From: Eutreptiella sp. 'Long Island Sound 2002'
Taxonomy: Eukaryota > Protista > Euglenida
Length of the DNA: 64,000 bases
Assembly (NCBI GenBank): GCA_964036045.1
Contig: OZ038378.1
Coordinates: 173,290,001-173,354,000, forward strand
Direction of reading: 5' to 3'
The stretch's first letter is position 1, and every line of letters starts with the position of its first letter. The notes under the pieces are model-generated. The model worked only from the letters and a program-made list of their open reading frames with translations. It was not told the DNA's origin and did no database searches. The position numbers were made by a program, and so were the translations under genes. This document shows positions 10,496 to 22,249 of the stretch, in pieces.

Positions 10496-13400
10496 ACACG
10501 GTCACACACGTTCAAACCCACAGAAGACCCCGATGCGGACCACACCCCCAAGGGGTGGACCTGGGGATTCCACACGGAACACAGAGCGGATCCGGAGCCA
10601 GGCAGTGACGACGCTCCACTACCATTCGCCCCACATCGCAGACGCATCGATAGGATCCACTTTGCCTCACACATGCTGCACTCCCTGACACGCTGCTACA
10701 CACACAGGCTGGGCGGCTCCGACCATCGGGCAGTCATAGCAACACTCTCCCCCCCACACTCCACAGACACCCAGCAACGGTTACGAGTCCCAGTGTCCTT
10801 CCTGAAGGACCCGGAGACGGTAAAAGAAATGGAGGCTGAACTCAAAGCTGTCGGACACCAGGGAGATGGCTGGTGGGAGGAGGCCACACAGATAATCAAA
10901 AAAACGGCGTTCAGGTTTGAAAAATCCATCCACACACAGGGCACACAGGAGGCATTGGCCATGTTGATGAGCGCAACACTGCGCCATACGCCAGCCGAGG
11001 CACTGCGCTTCCTGCGTGAAAAAGGACTCCACCCCGAGGACACACAACGTGCATACGCGATGCTGCAAGCGTTTGCAGAGAAAGAAAAGGCAGACAGGAA
11101 TGGGACCACAGTCCTGAGAAAGCTGCAGCAGGTACTCCAAGAGGAGCCGGCGACGGTATACCAGAAGCAACAACGTAAAATGGAAGTGGCACGGCTCACC
11201 AGGGAACTGCAGCAGCGGCGGCGACTGGCGGTGCTCAGGGACAAGGGAGGGTAGCTCCTCACCGGACCCACGGCAATTGCCAAAGCACTGCAAGAACACT
11301 GGTCGGGTATAATGGCGGCAGGCACAAAGACAGTGCCGGAATGCATCGAATATCTGAATTCCCTTCCCCTGGCACAGAATATCAAAAACGTGGCGCCAAT
11401 CCTCCTCCGCCCCCTCACTCAGGAACTGGTTCTCACGGCGCTTGAGAACCTGAAACGGGGTTCGTCACCAGGGGTGGATGGAATCCCAGCGGAAATTTTT
11501 CAGGCGCTGCCGGATGTGTTTGTACCCAAGATGTTTCAGTCCATCTCTGATTTTCTACAAAGGGGGTCAATCCCGCATGACTGGTCCCTTGGCATCCTGT
11601 CCCCCATCCCCAAAGAACAAGGATCAGTGTCGATCAATTGTCTGCGACCCATATGCCTGCAATACGTCCTGCTGAAATGGCTATCGGCGTCACTGTACTT
11701 AATGCTAGAGGACGTAGTGGCATTTGTTACGCCATCAGAACAGAAAGCTTTTATTAAAGGCCGGTTCATCTTCGATCATATATGGAATGCACGGGGCGCC
11801 TGGCAAGCAATGCAAGAGGGCGTCATGATCCCTATAGACTTCTCCAAAGTGTATGACTCCATCCAACACAATTACATGGTTGCATTTTTCCTGCATATCG
11901 CCCTCCCCATCCCCCTCATTGCGCTCCTGATGGCACTGTTTAAGGCACCCTTCCTGTTTGGAGTAGCGCGAGGAGTCGTCAAGGACGTGCTTGTCCATCC
12001 GCAGTCAGGAGTCAAGCAGGGCGACCCACTGTCGCCGGCAATTTTTGTTATGGTCAGCTCAATCCTCGTCCGGAAACTACAGAGCCTGTCACCCTGCATT
12101 CATATACTCTTCTATGCGGATGATCTGTTGATCTACATACCGCTGCCACCCCCCACCGTCTGCAAATTACTGACACACATATTCGAAGCCATACGAGTGT
12201 ACGGACTGTTTGTGGGCCTGCGGATCAACCTAGGGAAATCAGCATTCTTACTCAAAGGGGAGTGGGGGGAGGACCACAAACGCATCCTAGCCTCCTTTGG
12301 GGTGCCTGTTAAAGCCAAAATCAGGTACCTGGGTATAGTCCTGGGACACATGTCCAGTGAGGAGGCATATGCGCCAACCATAGCCAGGGCCATGCAGAGA
12401 GCAGAATTCATGCGCACGCTTCCCCTCACACACCAAGAACGAGTAGCATTGTTCCAGGAGTGGGTCCTGCCACTACTCATTTTTCCAGCCAGGGCGTATT
12501 TCCCGACAGACGCGGTGATATCCCAGGTGTCAGCAGTGTACAAGACGGCCCTATGCCTCACCTCTTGGGGACTGACGCTCCCAATTTTGGAACTCCGACC
12601 GGGACTGGGGGGTGACACACTCCCCCGGCCATCCAAATTTTTACTATGGCAACACGCCACAGCCTTCATGCTTTCCAGGCAAGAATCAACAGTGGTGCCC
12701 CCCCTATCGAGGTCACACCTCCGGACGTGGGCCTCCACGTTTGGTGTCCCCCTGGAGGCCAGGTTTCTACCATGGCTCCAACTAGGACCAATCCCATGGA
12801 AAACGTACCCCTTCCTGGGAATGTCATGCAAGGCATTCTCACTGCTTCGCAAGCCAGCAAAGGTCCCGACCCCCCCACATACACAGATAGACGCCATGCC
12901 GCTGTGGCATTCAGTGTTGTTCAAGGACACGCGCATGAACACATACTACTGCCCGGCCCTCATTAGAAAAGGCATACACACAATAGCACAGCTCAGAGAC
13001 ATGGACATTGCGGCACACCTCCCCAGGACATGGATCCCAGTGTACCAAAGTAGCCTGGCCAGCCTGGCACAACCCAGCGCGCCTCTAGCCAAAGAGGACG
13101 AAGGGCAACCAGCATTCTGGCTACAATGGAACAAACGGATCATGCTTCGTTTCCTAATGCAACTGTCCCCAGAGACCCCGAGACAGACGCCGGACACATG
13201 GCGTGCGTGGGCCAGGCTCTCCCTACCCCCGAACGATCTGGTTTTCATTCAGACAGCACTCTGGAAAAAACTCACAGTAGGATGCCGGCTGGCCAACTGG
13301 CAACCGGCAGACACCGCGTGCCCCCTGGACAGAGCACAGGAAACAATGGATCACACACTCACGGAATGCAGATTCCTGCCCACGGCATTCCATCTGGCAG

Positions 13401-14917
13401 TGCAGTGCATCGGTCCTATCCCCCATGAAGAGGGGACGGTCGTGGATCCCGCGGAAGTGCTGATCAACGCCCCGGTGCTGTCTGTGACAACGCCACTGGG
13501 GCTGGTCTACTGGTCGGCAATCAGAGCATCTTGGGCAGTCCAGTGTAAGCATAAGTTCCTGCAGTTAGCCTCACCTCCCTCCTGGTCCCATTTCCTGCGT
13601 ACATGGATTAAGGTCCTGTCGGAATGGGAACAACACCCGTGCCCCTCCCTCCCTAAGAACGAGATCACCCTACTGCTTCATGCACTCCAAACCATGGACG
13701 CCACAACGGTGCTGGAACACCCCAGGGTACGAGTGGCGTCGGACAGACCGCTGCCCACACTCCACCAACCAGCCCGCAAAAAAAAGAAAAAGTTCGCACA
13801 GGCGGCAGAGTTGGCAGCACACCATGAGTCCGTTATCCGCAGTCACGTGGAGGATGGATGGTCCATTGTATACCCTGACGGGTCATCCGAGAAACATCCG
13901 GAAGTGGGGAGAGTGGGGGGTTACGGTGTGTACTTCGGAGACCACAGAGATGTGGCGGAATTTTTGCCCGTGAAGGAGCCTCAAACCAACATCCGAGGGG
14001 AACTCCGAGCAGCACTCAGTGCGTTGCAGGGGCACATCCCAGGAACCAAGTCCCTGATCTGCCCCGACTGTCAGCTTGTGGTAGATGGAGTGCTTGGCCT
14101 GGCGCAAAGGTGGCGGCGGCATAACTGGCGAAATACCTCAGGGGACGTGGCCCATGCGGACCTGTGGGCACAGATCCTGGAACTCACAGAGCGCCATGGC
14201 ACAGAAATCAAGTGGATGCACGTCCCATCACACATAGGAATCCGGGGTAATGAAAAAGCGGACCAACTGGCAGACCTGGGCAGGAGAAAATCACCATTGC
14301 TTTTTGGGAGAATATCAGTGACCCCCAGACAAGACGATGAGGAAGAGGAGCGGGAGCTGTTGGATGGGGAGATATCGGTATGGGGCGATGAGGAAGAACC
14401 CCCCCCCCCCCCCGGAGGAGGAGAACCCCCCCACCCCCTGCCGGATGCCACGAACACCGCAGGCCACACCACAGCGGCCGGTTGGAGTTCTTAGTCCGGA
14501 AGTCATTGCCTCGCCACTATGGGATGTGGAAGTGTGCACACCAGCCATGATACGCAAGTGCCGCAGATTTGACACGCCACAACCACACAGCCAAATCAAG
14601 TACACGCCACAGCAGGTACAACTACCGCGGCAGTCACAGCCGACGCCCATGTCAGGGGTGCATCACACACCCCGGGTAATTGGACCCAACAGGTGCACGT
14701 TCCAGACGCCAGAACCGCCGTCGCCGCTCACCCCCAGTGCCAGGACCAACCTGCTGAGGTCACTGAACCTGGTGGAGATGGAGGGGGGGGGGGGACACCC
14801 CCCGAAAGGGCACTGTCGGACAGTTGGATGACGGACAACTCTGATACAGAATCGGTGGCAGACACCGACTCCACAATGTCCTGTAGCACAGCGTGCTCCA
14901 TGTGTTTCACTCCTTAA
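10496..14917 (+). pseudogene. LINE ORF2 (APE endonuclease C-term - RT - zf-RVT-like - RNase H - S/T/P-rich tail), disrupted
   Basis: EN: WTW...RRIDRI...SDHRAV. In-frame TAG at 11252-54. RT: SPGVDG, LRPICL, IDFSKVYDS, GVKQGDPLSP, YADD, YLGI. ALWKKL...CPLD...DHTLTEC. RNase H at about 13859-14285: YPDGS, TNIRGEL, DCQLV, HVPSHIG..GNEKADQLA. Apparent frameshifts at C15 (14399-14413) and G12 (14783-14794) would extend the ORF to TAA at 14917. Confidence 0.9.
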
Positions 14918-14985
14918 TGCAAAACGCCACCGCCTCGGTGATGCGTGAGCATGCCCTGTAATTTGAGTGGCTGGCATCAGGTATC

Positions 14986-15414
14986 TTCGGTATAGTACAA
15001 CGGTATCATCAGTGGCCCTGACGCCGGATGGCGGGGGTTCGATGCCCGGAGCGTGGCTTGTGGCGGCTCGCAATGGGTAGTTCTAGTGTTGTGGTAATAA
15101 ATACTTGGGTTCCATCTAGGAGGATTATTTGCTGTAGGGAGGAGCATACCTGAAAGTGCACGGGGGCCCAGCCCCGCAGTGCGCTGCGTCAATGCGGCTC
15201 GTGGAGGCGACGGCGCAGGCCGCCCGATGAGCGTGTTGATGTTGGTGTAGCGTGCCTCTGGGGCGGGGGGGGAGAACCGAGTGCCCCCCCAGAGATAGCC
15301 AGGTACCGACAGCTGGTGGTATGGGTGGGGATTCCCACCACATCGGAAGCATAGCATACTGGAAGTGCACGGGGGTCTCGTCACGCGGGTGTAGGTTCGA
15401 TGCCCACCGTGGAG
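14986..15414 (+). repeat. Three degenerate tRNA-like (tRNA-Asp-like) units in the LINE 3' UTR
   Basis: Units at about 14986-15052, 15141-15215 and 15345-15414. Two carry the B-box GGTTCGATGCCC; the third unit reads TAGCATACTGG...GTCACGCGGG...GGTTCGATGCCC...GGAG, like eukaryotic tRNA-Asp(GTC). Acceptor stems do not pair, so these are not functional tRNAs. Confidence 0.4.
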
Positions 15415-16060
15415 GCGACGGAGGAGGCGGCCCGGTCATCGTTGGGCTGGCCATTTTTCCGCCAGGCCACAAATGACGTATACACCAGCACACACACAGA
15501 CAGCACATGCAAGCGCCCAGGCGCTGCCCGCATCCCCCTTCCCTGTATGGCTGTATGTTGACCTCTGCAAAAGCCAGTACCCACTGGGGTTTTTAAATCC
15601 TAAGGACCTAAATATCCCAGGGCCGGTGGCAGTGGCCCACACGGGTGACCTCTGACCGCCCCAGCCCCCATGACCTGGCACACCCGAACTGCGGGTATGT
15701 GGCCGAGAGGGGCCAGCTCACGCAAGCATACCAGTGACAACAGGGCGCCAAAGTGGGACACAATGAACGCTACGCCCTGAACTCAGTCCGACGGCGACAA
15801 TGCCCTGAACCCAGTAGATGCAGCCCGACTCTTGCCCCATTCAGGGAGGAGGGAAAGGAAAGAACTGCAAGACACTGTCCGCGTGACACGAACAATCTTG
15901 GAACTGAGTTGGCAATGAAGGCCATGAGGCAGGCGCGGCTGGAGCTGAGTGGCGGGTCCACACCTGACCAATTGAAGCCCCCCTCCACCACGCGCGACGC
16001 CCTCCCTCCTGCCGGGTCCCCCCATGTGCGGCCCCCTCACCCTCCCTGTGCCCTGCGCAG

Positions 16061-17406
16061 GTCCCGATCCTGCAGTCCATCGCCGTGGCAGAGCGCGCGC
16101 TCACCTCCCCGTCAGCGACGCTGGACGGCGCCGGCACCACCCCGCACTTCATGTACGTGTCCCCGACGAAGGCCCTGGCCCAGGACCAGCTGCGCGCCTT
16201 CCGGGACTTCGTGCCGCAGAAGTGGCAGCACCTTTTCCAGACCTACGACGGGGACGTGCCGCATAGCGAGCGGTCGCACGTGCGCGACGCCGCGGCCGTC
16301 ATGCTGACGAACCCGGACATGCTGCACTGCAACATGCTGCCGCAACACCGGCAGTGGGCTGCGTGGTTCGCCTCCCTGCGGTACGTCGTGCTGGACGAGG
16401 CGCACATGTACAAGGGGGTCTTCGGGGCCCACGTCGCGATGGTGCTGCGGCGGCTGCAGCGGGTGTGCGCGTTCCACAAGGGGCTGGCGAAGGGGGCGTG
16501 CCCGGTCCAGTTCGTGATGTGCACCGCCACGCTGGGGGACCCCCTGCGGCACTTCCACAGCCTGACGTCCCTGACCGCCTCCCTCATCGACAAGGACGCC
16601 AGCCCCTCGGGGACTAAGTACGTGGTGCTGTGGAACCCGCCGCCGGAGTCCCAGTACCAGCCCGTCCCCAAGAAGGCGGGTGCAGAGCACTGCAAGACGG
16701 AGGGCGTGGCGGCGGTGGCGCGGGAGGGAGCGGACGGGCACGCCCGTGAGCCCGGCGACCCCGTCGCTGGTGCAGCTGCGGGTTTGGGTGGGGTAAGTGG
16801 GGGCGTCAGTGGGAGCGGGGGCGGTGCGGGTGTCGAGGCAGGGCCGGGGAGTGTGGGAGGGGCCCCTGTCAAGACCGAGGCCGGGGGCAGCAAGAGCGCG
16901 CTGGTGCCCGCGGCGTACCGGAGGGCGGACGGGCAGCTGGCGTACGACATCCAGCGGACCAGTCCGTACCGGGAGGCCGCGCGGCTCACGGCCAACCTCA
17001 TGGTCAGCGGCCTCCGGACCATCGTGTTCGTGAAGGTCCGGCAGGTCGCGGAGCTGGTGCTGGGGTACCTCCACCGCCTGCTCAGAGAGAGCGGCAACCC
17101 CGACCTCATCCCCCTCGCGAAGGTCTACCGGGGGGGCTACCAGGCCGCGGAGCGCCGCAGTGTGGAGCGGGAGCTGTTCTCGGGGCAGCTCCTGGCCGCC
17201 GTGGCCACCAACGCCCTGGAACTGGGGGTGGACGTCGGGACCCTGGACGCCGTGGTGATGGTGGGGTATCCGGGCACGAAGGCCAGCCTCTGGCAGCAGA
17301 TGGGGCGTGCCGGGCGCGGCACGAGGCCCGGACTGGCGGTGCTGGTCGCGCTTCAGCAGCCGTTGGACCAGTACCTGCTGCGCAATCCGGAGATGCTGTT
17401 CGACAG
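16061..17406 (+). CDS. HRQ1: HRQ1-like helicase, exon 4 (motifs Ia-VI)
   Basis: CAG|GTC acceptor; YVSPTKALAQDQ, LTNPDMLH, VVLDEAHMYKGVFG, CTAT, ATNALELGVDVG, QQMGRAGR; phase-2 donor ACAG|GTTC at 17407. Confidence 0.95.
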
Positions 17407-17412
17407 GTTCTT

Positions 17413-17500
17413 CCCCTGCCCCTGCCCCTGCCCCTGCCCCTGCCCCTGCCTCTGCCCCTGTTATCTGCCCCTCCCCTTGCCCCTGCACCTGCACTGCCCC
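17413..17500 (+). repeat. (CCCCTG)n hexamer microsatellite at the start of HRQ1 intron 4
   Basis: Tandem CCCCTG directly after the donor; it explains the spurious PCPCPC tail of the ORF track. Confidence 0.85.
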
Positions 17501-17937
17501 GTCCGTCACCAGCGGCCGTCGGTGGGGCGTCAACCGCTGTCGGCCCAACATCGACGGTGGGGCTCACAAGTGTTTTTCATGTGAAAGGAAAAAAAACAAC
17601 CGATCAGGACCGCCGCTGACGCAGAGGCGTGAATGGGCACTGGGGGCTGGTGGTGGGCCGACGTTGGGTGCTGGTGAAATGATGGGCGGAGCCGGTTCGC
17701 AAATGGTCGGTCAATGGTCAACCGATGGCAGTTGGCGGTTCTACGACAGCCGTTGGGTCACTGGGGGCTGGCAGTGTTGTCGGGGGCTGGAAGCAGCCAG
17801 AGTTCTGCCGTCGTCTTGATCGGCATCGGTGTCATTGAGGGTCGCCCAGACATGCCCGCCCCTCCCCTCACCCGTACCCCCGGTGATTACCTCCGCATCT
17901 GCCTCGCCCCTCCCCCGCGCATCTGCGCCTGGAACAG

Positions 17938-18334
17938 GTCTGAGCAGACGGTGGTGGACCAGAACAACGCGAATCTCTTGGGGATGCACTTGCAGTGTGC
18001 CGCCGCGGAGCACCCGGTGCCGGACGCGGAGCACGACGAGGGGCAGATGTTGTGGGGCCCCGGCTACGAGGCCGCGGTAGAGGACCTGCTGAAGGGCGGG
18101 GACCTGAAGTGGCAGATAAAGGACGCCGAGCGGCAGCTGGTGCATTCCGCAGGTGCCGAACTGAAAGCCAGCAAAGGGCCGCATGGGCAGGTCTCGCTCC
18201 GGAGCATCTCCAATCTGGTGTACAGCGTCGTGCGGGAGGACACCGGAGAGAAGCTCGAGGAGATCACAGGGGTGGTGGCCCTGCTGACCGTCCATGACGG
18301 GGCCGCGTACATGTACCACGGGCAAACCTTCGAG
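17938..18334 (+). CDS. HRQ1: HRQ1-like helicase, exon 5 (RQC/winged-helix region)
   Basis: AACAG|GTCT acceptor in phase 2; VDQNN..LLGMHLQCAAAEHP, VSLRSI, LEEI..VVALLTVHDGAAYMYHGQTFE; phase-0 donor GAG|GTGCGC at 18335. Confidence 0.9.
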
Positions 18335-19232
18335 GTGCGCCCCAGCACCATGCGAACCGCCCCCTGTGCGCCTGAAGTACCTCTCTTTTGCCCTCCCAGC
18401 CTCGTTGTGTGCCCCCGGCAAGGCCCCGTGTGGGCGCCATGCCTGGGGCCAGCACGTGCCGAAGGAGACTGGACCCTCATCACACCCTCTCCTCCGATTC
18501 AGTACCCCCCTCAATATGGGAAGCCGACCTCAGGCCTTGCCCTTTTCTTTAGTGACTGCTGATTTGCAGGTACATGCTGATGCGAGCAGGAGTCTTCATC
18601 GAAACAAAACCGTGTTTCGTCACGAAACACAAAAGGGGGTTTTGTGCTTCTGCGCTTTTGTGAAACAAACTGTTTGCCAAAAAAAAACAACTGTTTGTTT
18701 CACACGAAACAAGCTGTTTTCTTTGTCACCATTTTATTGTGTTTTACCTTCTTGCGCCCCTTTTCACTCCACTTTTAAATGCCCTTTCTTTCTTTTTTTT
18801 TCCCTTCCTTTTCCCCCTTGCTGCTGCACATGTTCTTTGGCCTCGGTGGCCCCAAATGGACACTTGCAAAATCATGTAATTTTGTAAAGAAAGCACAATG
18901 CATTTTTTAAAAACAATTGTTGTGCCTTTGGTCTGCTCATTAAGCCCTTTTTTCTTTAAATCTCCCAAACTTGGGGCTACCGAGAATTTCCCCACCCGAA
19001 GTTCCCCCTGCCCCAGTGTGGCATTGGACACCGGTTGTACCACACCGTAACCAACCAGCCCTATGGGGCAGCCCCCTTTGTGTGGCCCCTGTTTGCCAGT
19101 TCTACCCAGGTGTCTGCCAGCCCTCGCTGCCATCCCCTGTGCTCCGCCTGTGGTCCCTGAATGCGCCTGCGTCCCCGTGTGGACGCCCTGTATCCCGCCT
19201 TTGCGCTCACCCGCACGCCCACGTGGTGTCAG

Positions 19233-20576
19233 GTCACCAATCTGTGCCTTACCACACGGATTGCGCACGTGACGCCCGCCTCCCTGAACTACTACACGTC
19301 CGTCCAAGACCTGACGGAAGTGTACTTCACGTCGTGCCTCGGGTCGGGGTATCTGTCACGGCAAGAGCGCGCGGAGGAGTCCGCGCCCCGCGCCCCCGTC
19401 GAGCGGCTGCAGCGGTCCGCCCACTGCGCGTGCTGTGGGCCGGAGCCGTCGCCGCATCCCGGCGGACTGCCGGACCGCCGTTCCGCCGCCTCCCCCGAGG
19501 CCCACCCACACCCCCCGGGACCCTGCGACGCAGGGCCCGCGCAGGACCTCCCCGCCGCAGCACCGCCACCCGAGTCCCGGCACGCCACACCACCGCGGCG
19601 GCAGACCCCGGCGGTCCAGGCGGATGCCGTGTGCCCCTCCCCCGGCCCCGGTACGCCCCCACGGGCCCAGGGGGCCAAACGGGCGCTGGAGTTACCCGCA
19701 ACGCCCCCGCGGGTCCCGGCGATGAAGGCCGAGCCGGGGTCTCCGCTGCTGTTGACGCCGCCGCGGCTCCAGGCGCTCAAGGAGGAGCCCGGGTCCCCCC
19801 TGCCCTTGACGCCGCCGCGGCTGCAGGCGCTCAAAGCGGAGGTGGCGGCGCCCCGGCCCCCCTCCGCCCCCCCCGCGCGGCCCGCGGCGGCGCCGCCCCT
19901 GCCCTCCACGCCGCCGCACCGCCCCGTCGACTGCGGCAAGGCCGAGGACACCCCCTCCCCCGGCTTCCGGCGGCACCGCACCCACACGAACCTCGGCAGC
20001 GCCATCGGCACCGCCGTCACCGGGACGGCGCTGCACAACGCGTGCATCCACTACGGGTGGCTGCGGGTGCGCAAGCGGGTCTACGGCTACCACAAGTGCT
20101 GGACCGCCACGGGCCGGATCTTCGAGACCCACCCCCTGCCGTACCCGCCGCAGGAGTACGGGACCTCCGGGTTCTGGCTGGACATCCCCGTCACGGTGCA
20201 GGACGCGGTGGTGCGGCAGCCGGGGCTCAACTTCTTCGCCGGGCTCCACTCGGTCCTGCACACGGTTCTGCAGCTGCTGCCCCTGCACGTCGTGGTCGAC
20301 CCCTGGGACGTGTTCGGCATCAGCTCCGACCGCCACCCGCAGCGGCGCGGGGCGGTGCTGTGCGTGTTCGACCAGGTGCCGGGGGGGATCGGGATCTGCG
20401 AGCAGGCGTTCTGGCGGACCCCCGCCATCCTCCACCACTGCTACGAGGTCATCGCCAACTGCGGCTGCGAGAACGGCTGCCTCTCGTGCATTCACTCCCC
20501 GAAGTGCGACTGCTACAACGACGGGCTGGACAAGCAGGCGGCGCTGTGTATTCTGCGGGACCTGCTGTTCTGGTGA
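19233..20576 (+). CDS. HRQ1: HRQ1-like helicase, exon 6 (long Pro/Ala insert and DUF1998 zinc-binding C-terminus)
   Basis: TCAG|GTC acceptor; NYYTSVQD...GLHSVLH...FDQVPGGIGICEQAF...CGCENGCLSCIHSPKC..YNDGLDKQAA; stop TGA. The spliced CDS totals 4434 nt, in frame. Confidence 0.93.
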   Translation, partial: VTNLCLTTRIAHVTPASLNYYTSVQDLTEVYFTSCLGSGYLSRQERAEESAPRAPVERLQRSAHCACCGPEPSPHPGGLPDRRSAASPEAHPHPPGPCDAGPAQDLPAAAPPPESRHATPPRRQTPAVQADAVCPSPGPGTPPRAQGAKRALELPATPPRVPAMKAEPGSPLLLTPPRLQALKEEPGSPLPLTPPRLQALKAEVAAPRPPSAPPARPAAAPPLPSTPPHRPVDCGKAEDTPSPGFRRHRTHTNLGSAIGTAVTGTALHNACIHYGWLRVRKRVYGYHKCWTATGRIFETHPLPYPPQEYGTSGFWLDIPVTVQDAVVRQPGLNFFAGLHSVLHTVLQLLPLHVVVDPWDVFGISSDRHPQRRGAVLCVFDQVPGGIGICEQAFWRTPAILHHCYEVIANCGCENGCLSCIHSPKCDCYNDGLDKQAALCILRDLLFW

Positions 20577-22249
20577 AGTCGTTCGGTGCAGCGTCGAGTT
20601 GCGCAAACGCCGGCAGAAGACGCGGGGGGTTGCCGAGACGATGCGTAGTGTTGCTTGGACAAGGGCGTTGTCGACATGACTTCCCCTTCAGTTTCGGCCT
20701 CGTAGCTGGGGCGTCTCGAGTTGAAGAATGTCGGGGACGTTTATGAGGCCGGGGGAGGAGGTTGCGTGGCAGGCGGCAGCGACCGACGATGTTGACCACG
20801 TGTTCGGCGGGTCGGCGGACACCCATAATTAGACTGAGTGACTTGGAGGTGATCGAGCCAGTCAGGCCTAATCAGGGCTTGCCACGAGAGGGACGATTTT
20901 TTTTATGCAAATTGAGGACATTCAAGACGCGTGGCACAGCAACTGGCGGTTACCCGTCGGCGGTTGATGGTTCGTCGTGAAACGTCAACCGCCAGCGTTT
21001 GGCGGTCAGCGGACGTTCTTTGTCATGGGACATTTTTTTTTTTGAGTCACGAAAGTCATCTTGTTGCTCGATGTGTTCCTATCTCGGGTGCCATGCGCCC
21101 CAACCGCCCCTCCCGGGGTCCATTCGCCCGCCCCCAGCCCCCCACCCCCGGTGGGTTTTCTCAGGTGCCTTGCCGAAGGCAACGGGAGTTCTTCTGTGAA
21201 ACCTCAGAGTCAATGGGTTTGCGATTCCCAACGGGAATCCGGTCTCAACCAGTCTGATCATCCGCAACCAGCTGAACCCTCGAAACCTTCCCTTCACAAG
21301 AGCCTTATCCAAACCCAGCTCTGCTGTGTGGCGTCCGAACTTTTGTACACGTGACCTACCGATCCAGCCAGAGGCCCCTTCATCCTGGGGGAACAGCCGT
21401 TGGCCAAGGGCTGTCATGGTCATGCCCCCATTGCTCAACCTGGTATAACGACCTCACACAGTGCAGCATCTGTGAACAGCGAAGCCCCTCGATAATTACA
21501 CGTGCTCATACTTTGTTTGTGGGACGTGGAGGATAGCACTATAAAAGGTGGGCATAATCATGAAGTGGAAGGCTGAGGCAACAGCTCTTGTGCACACTTA
21601 GAACTCGGCTGTGTGTTTGAGCTCAAAGCACACTGTAACTAAATGTACAGTTAACACAGATTTTCCTTCACTCTATACACGAGCATGCTGTATAAAGCAC
21701 ACACCAAGGTATGCATTGGGTGCCATGCAAAACATTGGTATCCATCCTCCAGAAAGTAGGTGCGAGTGGCACGCGACAGCTACACTAGGGACACCACTTC
21801 TCGAGACTGCAGCAGAATACCAAGTCAGCACAGTGGGCAGTACCCGGACTTGAAATCTCTGCTCGCCTGGTCAACACTCTGTATCGCTGAAGTGCCTCCT
21901 TCTCCCTTTGCCCCAAAGGCTGAGGCGAAACTTCTTCCTCAACCAGTAATGCTGTGTTTGCCCATGCAAGACAAGTCCGACTGATTTCTATGGCTTTCCC
22001 CTGCCCACATGCGACGAAACCAGGAACGTAAGGCATGTATTTTCCGTTCCTGTTTGGTTATGGAGTTTGGCACCCCCTGTGAGTTGCATCCTTCGGTGAT
22101 GACTGAAATAATCCAGAATGCGCACCCACAGTTTCGCAAAACGAAGGAGAAAGGATTGACAGGGGTAAACGAAGAAAGGGTGTGATTTCTTGCTGAAAGT
22201 AGCACGCTTTCCATCTTATGATGGCCTGTGATGTGAAGTACCGCAGCTG

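Larger units (their letters stand above)
10496..15977 (+). mobile_element. 5'-truncated L1/Tx1-like non-LTR retrotransposon with C-terminal RNase H, in HRQ1 intron 3
   Basis: 14-bp TSD CCCCCCTCCACCAC at 10482-10495 and 15978-15991; EN C-terminus, RT, zinc-finger and RNase H motifs; about 1 kb 3' UTR. The 3' end is confirmed by a second copy at 52964-53078 that ends at the same base. Confidence 0.9.

Noticed and set aside
11312-14494. RT as a retron, group II intron, DGR or LTR element
   Set aside because: The APE endonuclease remnant, L1-type RT motifs, 5' truncation and 13-14 bp TSDs all point to a non-LTR retrotransposon; no integrase or LTRs.
16112-20746. Long alternative-frame and antisense ORFs (479, 288, 591, 304 aa and others) over HRQ1 exons
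   Set aside because: Shadows of very GC-rich coding sequence; the translations are low-complexity R/G/A/P with no motifs.
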